64,000 bases of DNA from Candidatus Latescibacterota bacterium (GTDB taxonomy: Bacteria; Latescibacterota; UBA2968; GCA-2709665): assembly GCA_965205485.1 (NCBI GenBank), contig OZ242180.1, positions 4,928,001-4,992,000 of the forward strand, written 5' to 3'. A model generated the notes under the pieces. The model searched no databases. It was given only the letters and a program-made list of their open reading frames with translations, and had not been told where the DNA came from. How positions within the stretch are numbered: the stretch's first letter is position 1; every line of letters begins with the position of its first letter. Below, one piece after another: positions 55,908 through 64,000 of this stretch. Both the position numbers and the translations under genes were made by a program.

Positions 55908-57527
55908 TCATTCGTCGGAATACAACCAGGGTACCTGCCGGATGAGCGCATCTCGCTGTTTCTGCATCACGACTTCGATAACGGTCGGTCCCTCGAGGCC
56001 GATGACGTCGCCGAATACGACGGGAAAACGGTCGGGGTCGTCCACGCGAACGCCCCTGGCGCCCATGGCGCGCGCGAGGTCCGCGATGCGCGGCGTCTGC
56101 ATGTCCGTGTCGATGATTCGTCCGTTGAATGCCTTGGCCTGGGCGCCCCGGATCGCGCTGAGGCTGCCGTCGTTGATGACCACGCAGATAATCTCGATCC
56201 CGTGTTCCGCGGCCGTAGCCAGCTCGAAAGCGGTCATCTGAAACCCGCCGTCGCCGCAGAAGGCGGCCACCTGCCGGTGCGGCTGTGCGAGCTTCGCGCC
56301 AATTGCGGCCGGCGCCGCGAAACCGAGCGTGACTGAATGGCACGGGTACATGAAGCAGCGCGGGTAATCCACGGGGAACTCGTCGAAGGACCGGTACCCG
56401 ATGGACGTCACGTCCACCGATAGGATGGCGTCCGCGTCGAGACGCTCTCTCATGGCTGACATGATCGGCAGCGGCCGGCGGGACCGGGCGATTTCATCCC
56501 GGGTTCGACCCAGAGTATCCTTCCAGGCGTCACCCGGTTTTTCCGTTGCCTCCAGCGCTTCCAGCAGCACGGGCAGAGACTGCTTCAGGTCTCCGGCCGC
56601 GCCCGCGTCTATGGCGACTTCACGCCCGAGTTCGGCAGGGTCCGGATCCAGCTGTACTCGCAGCGCCGGCATCTCCATCGTCCAGCCGGAGGTGTCGATC
56701 TGCGTGAACCGGCAACCGACTGCAATCAACCCGTCGGCGTAGCGAAGGACATGCCGGGCCAGCCGGCCGCGGCAGTGGCCCCCTGAGAGCGGGTGGGAGT
56801 CGGGAAAAACGCCCTTGCCGAGCCGGCTGAACAGTACGGGCGCGCAGAGCGATTCCGAAAATGCCCTGAGTTCGGAAGTCGCGTTCGCATCGGCCGTATT
56901 GCCGCCGGTGAGGATAGCCGGCCGCTCCATACGCGCGATCACTTCGGCGACGCGGCGCAGGTCGGCCGGGTCGGGCGCGGGCCGGTATCCTTCCACGTAC
57001 GCGGGAACGTTGGCTTCGCCCTCCGCGGCGGCGACGTCCATGGGCAGTTCGATCACGGCCGGCCCAGGCCTGGGCGCACGCAATGCGGCAAAGGCGCCCG
57101 TGACGGCATCGGGGATGTCTTCGATGCGTTCAGGGCGGGCGAAGAACCGGGTGATCGGCGCGAAGAACGCGGCCTGGTCCAGGCCGTGAAAGCACTTGCT
57201 CCGGTCTCGCCCGTTAAAGGCCACCTCGGTGCCGCCGGTGACCAGCAGCACGGGAACGCAGTCCGTGTGTGCGTCGACGATGCCGGTGGACGCGTTCGTC
57301 GCCCCGGGGCCGGGGACCGTAAGCGCAACCCCCACTTCGCCCGATGCGCGGGCAAATCCGTTGGCGATCAGCGTCGCGCCCTGCTCGTTTCTGATGAGGT
57401 AATGGTCGATCCCGCCGGTGCGCAACAGGGCGTCGTAGATGTCGATGTTCTGATTGCCCGGCATACCGACAATACAGCGGACGTTCTGTGCCTTGAGGCT
57501 CCGGATCAGGATGTCGGCACCGGTCAT
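55908..57527 (-). CDS. Thiamine pyrophosphate-binding protein (acetolactate synthase-like)
   Basis: RNEQGA, PGPGATN and GDGGF...ND TPP motifs. Confidence 0.88.
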   Translation of the reverse strand: MTGADILIRSLKAQNVRCIVGMPGNQNIDIYDALLRTGGIDHYLIRNEQGATLIANGFARASGEVGVALTVPGPGATNASTGIVDAHTDCVPVLLVTGGTEVAFNGRDRSKCFHGLDQAAFFAPITRFFARPERIEDIPDAVTGAFAALRAPRPGPAVIELPMDVAAAEGEANVPAYVEGYRPAPDPADLRRVAEVIARMERPAILTGGNTADANATSELRAFSESLCAPVLFSRLGKGVFPDSHPLSGGHCRGRLARHVLRYADGLIAVGCRFTQIDTSGWTMEMPALRVQLDPDPAELGREVAIDAGAAGDLKQSLPVLLEALEATEKPGDAWKDTLGRTRDEIARSRRPLPIMSAMRERLDADAILSVDVTSIGYRSFDEFPVDYPRCFMYPCHSVTLGFAAPAAIGAKLAQPHRQVAAFCGDGGFQMTAFELATAAEHGIEIICVVINDGSLSAIRGAQAKAFNGRIIDTDMQTPRIADLARAMGARGVRVDDPDRFPVVFGDVIGLEGPTVIEVVMQKQRDALIRQVPWLYSDE

Positions 57528-57619
57528 GGAATTTCCTTCAATACATATTTTGTTGTATGTCGCCGATTCCGTATATTTAAGCCGGGTGAATCGTGCACAA
57601 AGACAACTACGAGGAAGAT

Positions 57620-58393
57620 ATGATAATCTCACGCCGAGGGTTAAGGGAAAAATCACCAACGGTCCACTGGTTCCTGGCAGGAATGCTTGCAATCGTGGCG
57701 GCGGCCTGCGGTTCAGACGATCCGGCCGGGCCCGAAGCGGACGCCATGCCGCAGTCACCGGGCATTTATAACAGAGTCCTGCCGCCGGACCAGCGATACA
57801 CCCTTCTCGTCCCGACGGGATATCGCACCGGACAACCCACGCCCCTCATCCTGTCGCTGCATTACGGCGGTATCGTGGTGCCTTTTTACGGTAGCCGGCT
57901 GCTGGAAGTTCTGGTACAACCTGCACTGCAGGACCTCGGGGCAATTGTCGTGGCGCCTGAAGTAACGACGGGGCAGGACTGGGACAACGAGGATAGTGAG
58001 GCGCAGGTGCTCGATCTGATCCGGGCGATCAAGGCCAATTACGCGATCGACGAAGACAGGACGCTTGTGACGGGTTTCAGCATGGGCGGCCGGGGCGCCT
58101 GGTACATGGCGGCGCGCCACCCGGGTCTGTTCCGGGCCGCAATCCCCATTTCGGCGAGACCGGAGGAGGATGCCACAGAGGTCGACTGGCAGGTTCCCCT
58201 GCTCGTGATCCACAGCGTCGCCGATGAGTTGATCCCGTTCGAACCGGTGGAAACAACCGTGCGGGCACTCAAGGAAAGGGACGTGCAGATTGAGATGATC
58301 GTCGTCCAGGACGTGGGTCACTACCAGATCGAACTGTTCGTCGAGCCCTTGCGCGCGGCCCTGCCGTGGATCCGGAAGGCATGGGGAGAGTAG
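57620..58393 (+). CDS. Alpha/beta hydrolase lipoprotein (esterase/peptidase-like)
   Basis: Lipobox AAAC, GFSMGG nucleophile motif, D and H catalytic residues. Confidence 0.8.
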   Translation: MIISRRGLREKSPTVHWFLAGMLAIVAAACGSDDPAGPEADAMPQSPGIYNRVLPPDQRYTLLVPTGYRTGQPTPLILSLHYGGIVVPFYGSRLLEVLVQPALQDLGAIVVAPEVTTGQDWDNEDSEAQVLDLIRAIKANYAIDEDRTLVTGFSMGGRGAWYMAARHPGLFRAAIPISARPEEDATEVDWQVPLLVIHSVADELIPFEPVETTVRALKERDVQIEMIVVQDVGHYQIELFVEPLRAALPWIRKAWGE

Positions 58394-58429
58394 TCTTCTT
58401 TGTTGACATAGACGGAAGAGGCGTCTGAA

Positions 58430-59266
58430 TTGTCCTGGCTGATATTCGCGATTCTGCTCGATTTCGGATTTGTCCAGATCTGCAAATTCTCCCAGCGCCG
58501 CGCCTATTACGCGCCCGTCGTCGTGTCGACCAATTATCTCGTACTCTGCGCGGTCCTGGCCACCTGGCTGCTGGCCACGGGCCGTTTTGCATTTTCGGCC
58601 GCGGCGTTGCAGACCGGGCTGATCACCGGCGCCGTATTCATCGGTTCAATGTCGTTGATGATGCGCGTCCTGGAAGTCGCATCGGTCGGGGCCGTGCTGA
58701 CGGCTTTTCGCATTTCAATCGCGGTTCCCGTGGCCCTTGGGATCTGGCTCTGGCAGGAGCCGGTTGTACCCTCGCAATACGGTGGGATCGTCCTCGCCTT
58801 CCCCGCGCTGCTGTTGATGACTTCGGGCACACGGAGCAACGTCCGCACGGCGGGCGGAAAGACCTTTGGCCTGTTGTTCGCGGTGTTCCTCGCGCAGGGA
58901 ATGAGTCACTCCTGCCTGCGTTCGGTCCACTATGCCGGACTCGACGGGGAGTTCGTTCAGATCCTGACGGTGATTGGCGCCACCGCCGGCACGATCGGCT
59001 ACCTCTACATTGCGGGAAGGATGCGTCGACCCAAACGGTCCGAACTCGCCACGGGGATCGGCCTCGGCGCCTACAACGCCCTCGCGCTTTCCGTCATCAT
59101 GATTACCTTGAGTCGATTGCCGGGCACGCTGTTTTTTCCGGCCACGGGTTGCAGCGTAATCCTGCTGGACAATCTGTCCGCCCATTTCTTCTGGAAAGAA
59201 CGTCTCAATCGGCTCTCTGCGGCCGGGGTGGCGCTGGCCATTTTGGCGGTTGCCCTGGTGATCTGA
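58430..59266 (+). CDS. DMT/EamA-like membrane transporter
   Basis: About 10 TM helices in two repeats, W.E at the repeat ends. Confidence 0.7.
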   Translation: MSWLIFAILLDFGFVQICKFSQRRAYYAPVVVSTNYLVLCAVLATWLLATGRFAFSAAALQTGLITGAVFIGSMSLMMRVLEVASVGAVLTAFRISIAVPVALGIWLWQEPVVPSQYGGIVLAFPALLLMTSGTRSNVRTAGGKTFGLLFAVFLAQGMSHSCLRSVHYAGLDGEFVQILTVIGATAGTIGYLYIAGRMRRPKRSELATGIGLGAYNALALSVIMITLSRLPGTLFFPATGCSVILLDNLSAHFFWKERLNRLSAAGVALAILAVALVI

Positions 59267-59328
59267 ACCGTCTCGCCATACCCTTCCGGGAATCCTGCGA
59301 TGGCCGCGGGCTTTCGGAGACCCGATAC

Positions 59329-60042
59329 TCAGCAACAGCCCCTGGCTTTCGTACCGTCACTGCGGTGGCACCGGATGAATTCGTAGAACAGGGCGCCTGC
59401 AAGCGCGCCCAGTACCGGTCCAGCGGCGTATGCCGAAAAATGCAGCCAGTTGCCGGAGACCAGGGCCGGACCCAGGCTGCGGGCGGGATTCATGGACGCG
59501 CCGCATATGGGGCCGGCGAACATCGCTTCGAACCCAATCGTGCCTCCAATGGCGAGGCCCGCGGCCTGACCGGTGGCGCGGTAGTCCGTGGCAACCGCCA
59601 TAATCACAACCATCAGCAGGAACGCGAGCAGGAACTCCCAGACGAAGGCCGTGGTCCACGCGCCGTCCAGCGGCTGCGTAACGCCCAGGTCCAGCTCCTG
59701 ACCGGGAAACCTGGCGTTCAGGATGGGTGAAAGGGTGACAACGTGGATGCTGCTGGCCAGGGCCGCGCCCACACACTGTGAGGCGATGTAAGGGAGAATC
59801 TCCCGCCCGGGAAAGTGACGCGTGAAGGAGAAGGCGATGGTCACCGCGGGATTGAAGTGCGCGCCCGAGATGTGGCCGGTGGCGTAGACCATCGTCATCA
59901 CGATAAGCCCGAATGACGCGGCGACGCCAACGTGGGAGACGGCGCCGCCGCTGATCTGGTTTGCGGCAACGGCGCCGCACCCCCCCAGCACGATGGCAAA
60001 GGCGCCGACAAATTCCGCGCCGCATTTTCGCAACAGATTCAT
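59329..60042 (-). CDS. MIP family channel (aquaporin, NIP-like)
   Basis: ISGAHFNPAVT and GASMNPARSLGPA motifs. Confidence 0.92.
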   Translation of the reverse strand: MNLLRKCGAEFVGAFAIVLGGCGAVAANQISGGAVSHVGVAASFGLIVMTMVYATGHISGAHFNPAVTIAFSFTRHFPGREILPYIASQCVGAALASSIHVVTLSPILNARFPGQELDLGVTQPLDGAWTTAFVWEFLLAFLLMVVIMAVATDYRATGQAAGLAIGGTIGFEAMFAGPICGASMNPARSLGPALVSGNWLHFSAYAAGPVLGALAGALFYEFIRCHRSDGTKARGCC

Positions 60043-60099
60043 CGTATCCGCCTCCACGAGATGTTGAACATTCGGACCCGCGCGCCTTGAACTGAACCG

Positions 60100-60165
60100 A
60101 CCGCTTCGACAAGCTCAATGCGGGCAGGTTCAGGGACCGCAAGCTCAGGACAAGGCTCAGGGAAC
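60100..60165. repeat. Repeat family D, second locus
   Basis: TTCGACAAGCTCAATGC plus degenerate GCTCAGG units. Confidence 0.6.
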
Positions 60166-60235
60166 GCCACGCGGTGCGAGCTCAAGATATCGATTCCGAA
60201 ACCCGGAATCCAGAAGGAAAACCCGGGAGGCAATA

Positions 60236-60970
60236 ATGGCCCTCGAGCGACTGCTTGTCTTCCAACACCTGGACGTGGAACATCCCGGACTCTTCCGAGA
60301 ATTCTTCGCCGAGGACGGGATTCGCTGGGACGTCGTTGAACTGGATGCGGGTGAACGCATCCCGGATCTGGACGCCTATGACGCGCTGTGGGCGATGGGC
60401 GGCCCGATGGACGTGTGGGAGGAGGATGCGTACCCCTGGCTGGTGGAGGAGAAAGCCGCCATTCGGTACGCGGTCGTTGAGAAAAGGATGCCCTTCGTGG
60501 GCATCTGCCTGGGACACCAGTTGCTGGCCGCGGCGCTCGGCGGTCACGTCGGTCCGAACGAGAGCCCGGAGGTGGGGGTGATGGACATTTGCCTGACGGC
60601 CCCGGGCATGGCCAGCGGATTCTTCAGCGGTTTCCCCGAGACGCTGCCCTGCCTGCAGTGGCACAGCTCGGCCGTAAAGACCATACCCCCTGAGCTGGAG
60701 GTCCTTGCGTCTTCAGAGCTGTGCGCGGTCCAGGCGATGAGTATGGGGAATCACGCGATCACCGCCCAGTTTCACATCGAGATAACGGCGGAGACCATAG
60801 CGGAATGGGACGCCGTCCCCGCCTATCACGAGGCACTGATTGAAACACTTGGCGAAAACGCCATGCAGGATTTCGAACGGGCGGTGACCGAACGCCTCGA
60901 CGTTTTCAGAGGCTATGCGAGGACGTTTTACGAGAATTGGAAGACAGTAGCGTTTGGTAAAAATCCATAG
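60236..60970 (+). CDS. Type 1 glutamine amidotransferase (GMP synthase-like)
   Basis: MGGPM, GICLGHQLLA and QFHIE motifs. Confidence 0.88.
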   Translation: MALERLLVFQHLDVEHPGLFREFFAEDGIRWDVVELDAGERIPDLDAYDALWAMGGPMDVWEEDAYPWLVEEKAAIRYAVVEKRMPFVGICLGHQLLAAALGGHVGPNESPEVGVMDICLTAPGMASGFFSGFPETLPCLQWHSSAVKTIPPELEVLASSELCAVQAMSMGNHAITAQFHIEITAETIAEWDAVPAYHEALIETLGENAMQDFERAVTERLDVFRGYARTFYENWKTVAFGKNP

Positions 60971-61193
60971 GCATTGTTGCGGGTTCACAGCGGGGTCCGA
61001 CGTCCGGACCCGATGCGCGAGGCAACAAACCGGACAGGGATGGCGAAGCGGGTATGAGCCAGGCATCACGTCCGAACTTCGTCAGCCGCATGTCAGGGCG
61101 GATCTTGGAGACCGGCTGCGAGGAATTCTGGAAGGGTGACACGATCGCGCCGGAGGCTGCCAACCTGCGCTCCCCCGCTTTCACGGGCTCCGG

Positions 61194-63065
61194 TTACGGT
61201 ATTTCCCAGCTGTAGAGGTGGGAGTCGCTGGTGAAATAGATACGCCCGTCGAGCCAGTCTCCTCCATTGCTGACAGGCACCGGGGAAACGGCGCACATTT
61301 CGATGGCGTTCGTGCCGCTTTCGATACGGCTGATGCCCTTTTCGAAAAGAACGTAAACAGTATCGTCGGGAGCGGTCACGAAGACGCGCGGCCCCTGCTG
61401 GTGCGCCGTCAGTCCGTACGTCCGCTCCGTTTCTTCCTGATGGACGACTTTGCGCGTTTCGGGGCAAAACACGAAATATCGTGCCCGGTCGACAAAGCCG
61501 TACACGAGACCGTCCCGCCCGATGCACAGGTCCGTGAATTCCTGCGCCCCTGGGAAGAGGACGTCGCGCCATTCCAGTTCCCTGGTTTCCATATCCAGAA
61601 TGTAGAGTTCCGCTTCCGTCGCCTTCTGCTCGCCCCCCGTCCCGGGGCTTGTTGTCGTTCCGCCCAGGAGCTTCCTCCCGGGAAGCGCGGCGAGGCTCGC
61701 CGTGGCGTGGTCCGGCAACACGTCGGTGTGTTCCAGCAGGGTCCCGGTTCGCCTCTCACAGTTCCAGATAAGGAGCCCGCCGCCCGTATAGCCGTAGCCG
61801 GGGGTCCCCGCCACCACCAGGGTGTTGCCGTCGGGATGTGCGAGCAGCTTGTGCGGGCGATGCATCGTGGGCGTACAGGTCCGGTGGAAAAAGGGGTTTG
61901 AAGCCGGGTTCTCCTTATCGGTTGTCACCCACGGTTGGAACGGGTCCCACTCCAGCAGCGCGCCGCTGCCGTAACCGCCAACGAAGAACCGGTCGCCCTG
62001 GCGGCCCACCGTATTCCACTGGCCGAAACTCTCACGCTCGATCCACGCGTCAGTTTCGGGACGATAGCTGAACGTGCGCCGCGGGAAGAACGTGCCGCCG
62101 CAGATGGTGCCGTCCGGCGCGGCGGCGACACCCATGATGTGCGCGCCTTCGCTGGTGTAATCGAACGACACGTCCGGCGATCGTTTGCCGTCGGGATCCT
62201 GCACCGATAACACGCGGTCGACGAGGCAGCATTTCAGGAGTTCGCTCCCGTCCGGAAAATGCGGATGGACGTGCCCGGCATCTCCCGCGATATATCGCTT
62301 TTCGCGCAGTTCCCGCCGGGGTACGGCCTTGCGTTCGCCCCGATAGAGTTCGTACCATGTCTCCACATCCGGGTTGTCGCCGGGCCACGGGGTTCCGGTT
62401 GGAGGCAGAGCATAGACCTTGCCGTTGAGGTCCCTGTAGACGGATGCGCTTCCCCGCGACCGTTCGTCTTCCGCGAGGATCGTTGTTGCCGTTTTTGATT
62501 TCCGGTCGAAAGCGATGACCTGGCAAAGCGTCGTACCGATGCCGAAGTAGACCCAGCCGGTGTCGTCGGTGGCAAGGGTTGTGGGATACTGCCGCCAGTT
62601 CTGCATGTGCAGGTGTCCATAGTCCCTGAATTCACCGTTCTTCGGATCGTACGACGCGAGCCCACTCTGGGGATAGGTTGACGACCAGATCACGCCCGTG
62701 TCGTCTTCGGTCAGTCCCATCGCCATGCGTGGCGCCGTCTGGTGACAGAACGTGTAGTCCATCCCATTAACGTCGAACTCCACGAACCAGCCGTTGAAGT
62801 GCGTGTAGAAGCAATTTCGGCTGGACAGTAGAGACGCGTACGGGCAATCGCCGCCGGGAGGAAATGGCACCGGAAATTCCCGGCTCTCGCCGGTTGCGGC
62901 GTCGATGACCAGCAGCGCGTATCCGCCGCGATGGTCGAACAGCCAGACCAGGACGACGTTCCGGCCGTCTCCGGCGGCAGCCGCAACCGTGCCTCTCGGG
63001 TGGCTGCTCCGGGTGGCGGGGCCGTGATGGCGGAAATTATCCGCGAGAATCCGTGTCGATCTCAT
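61194..63065 (-). CDS. Hypothetical beta-propeller protein
   Basis: 623 aa with repeated DG.(I/V)Y.G / YDP beta-strand units. Confidence 0.65.
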   Translation of the reverse strand: MRSTRILADNFRHHGPATRSSHPRGTVAAAAGDGRNVVLVWLFDHRGGYALLVIDAATGESREFPVPFPPGGDCPYASLLSSRNCFYTHFNGWFVEFDVNGMDYTFCHQTAPRMAMGLTEDDTGVIWSSTYPQSGLASYDPKNGEFRDYGHLHMQNWRQYPTTLATDDTGWVYFGIGTTLCQVIAFDRKSKTATTILAEDERSRGSASVYRDLNGKVYALPPTGTPWPGDNPDVETWYELYRGERKAVPRRELREKRYIAGDAGHVHPHFPDGSELLKCCLVDRVLSVQDPDGKRSPDVSFDYTSEGAHIMGVAAAPDGTICGGTFFPRRTFSYRPETDAWIERESFGQWNTVGRQGDRFFVGGYGSGALLEWDPFQPWVTTDKENPASNPFFHRTCTPTMHRPHKLLAHPDGNTLVVAGTPGYGYTGGGLLIWNCERRTGTLLEHTDVLPDHATASLAALPGRKLLGGTTTSPGTGGEQKATEAELYILDMETRELEWRDVLFPGAQEFTDLCIGRDGLVYGFVDRARYFVFCPETRKVVHQEETERTYGLTAHQQGPRVFVTAPDDTVYVLFEKGISRIESGTNAIEMCAVSPVPVSNGGDWLDGRIYFTSDSHLYSWEIP

Positions 63066-63269
63066 GCCTCTACCTCATGTTGACAATCGGGTGTGTTTCT
63101 CGCTCCAGGGTAATGCAGACCTGTGGTCGATTACGGCCGGAGGACAGCAACGGGTATCATGCGCGCGGCATGAACAAATGTCAATCGAAATGAGGAAGTC
63201 CGGCGTCCGGAGCGAACACAGGAACCAACGGACGGTTGAGTTCAAGTCTATCGAATGGGAGGTTTTCGC

Positions 63270-64000
63270 ATGGATATGGGATTGAAGGACAGGGTGGCGA
63301 TCGTCGGGGGCGCGAGCCGCGGCCTGGGGAAGGGGTGCGCGATGGCGCTTGCCCGGGAGGGCGCGCGCGTCGCCGTCTGCGCGAGGAACGAGGGTCGTTT
63401 GGAGGCTGCCGCCGCGGAGATCCGGGACCTTACTGGATCGGACGTGCTAACCGTGGTCGGAGACCTCTCCGTTGAGGAGACCGTTGATCGACTGACCCGG
63501 GAAACCGTGGAGGCGTTTGGCGGTATCGATATCCTCGTGAACAACTCCGGAGGTCCGGCCGCGATGCCTTTCGCGGACGTAACGGAAGCGATGTGGCGGG
63601 AATATACGGACCTGATCCTGAACTACGTACTTCGGATGTGCAGGCGAGTCGTTCCGCTGATGCAGGCAAGGGGCGGCGGCAGGATCATCAACCTGTGCGC
63701 GTTCGCCGTCAAGCAGCCGGCCGGAAATACGGTATCGAACGTGTTGCGGACGGCGGTTGTGGGCGCTGCCAGGACCCTCGCGAACGAATACGCGCAAGAC
63801 CGGATACTTGTGAACAACGTGTGTACGGGGTTTATCGATACCGAACTGCTGCGGGAGGAATTCGAGGAAGCCGCAAGGGCGAATGGAACTTCGGTCCGGG
63901 ACGAGATGCAGCCGCTGGTCGAAGAGATACCGCTCGGCCGCCTCGGGACCGTGGAGGAACTATCGGATTACGTCGTGTTCCTGGCGTCGGAGCGCTCGAG
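63270..64000 (+). CDS. SDR family oxidoreductase (partial, runs off the window)
   Basis: MDMGLKDRVAIVGGASRGLG, DILVNNSGGP and IPLGRLG motifs. Confidence 0.88.
   Translation, partial: MDMGLKDRVAIVGGASRGLGKGCAMALAREGARVAVCARNEGRLEAAAAEIRDLTGSDVLTVVGDLSVEETVDRLTRETVEAFGGIDILVNNSGGPAAMPFADVTEAMWREYTDLILNYVLRMCRRVVPLMQARGGGRIINLCAFAVKQPAGNTVSNVLRTAVVGAARTLANEYAQDRILVNNVCTGFIDTELLREEFEEAARANGTSVRDEMQPLVEEIPLGRLGTVEELSDYVVFLASERS

Noticed and set aside
59329..59340. Sec read-through at the aquaporin Cys-Cys-TGA end
   Set aside because: The protein is already complete, read-through would run into the convergent gene, and no homology supports an extension

Overview
GC-rich bacterial window mixing housekeeping loci with accessory islands. 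The gene content (PhyH dioxygenase, NHL and ankyrin proteins, DUF6785-type membrane protein, form II cox cluster) resembles sponge-associated Latescibacterota/Gemmatimonadota/Poribacteria-like genomes, but that is inference only. Housekeeping loci are an archaeal/spirochaete-type pheST under a Phe T-box, tRNA-Leu(CAG), and pfk-gap-pgk-tpiA-secG-tRNA-Leu(GAG). Metabolic genes include coxSLMG-like molybdenum hydroxylase genes, cysK and amidohydrolases. Accessory features: (1) an AhpD/CMD-like gene split in the ORF track by an in-frame UGA in a CxxU motif with a SECIS-like hairpin, probably a selenoprotein; (2) a 23.7-30.2 kb repeat-punctuated island with intact and decayed toxin-antitoxin modules and an uncharacterised translationally coupled nuclease-like/helical gene pair; (3) a lower-GC ABC-2/HlyD export operon behind a long structured leader with an internal terminator; (4) at least five families of dispersed intergenic repeats, including a 160-bp MITE and about 600-800 bp mosaic elements, two of which bracket an orphan RND permease. 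No CRISPR array, integrase or transposase was seen.
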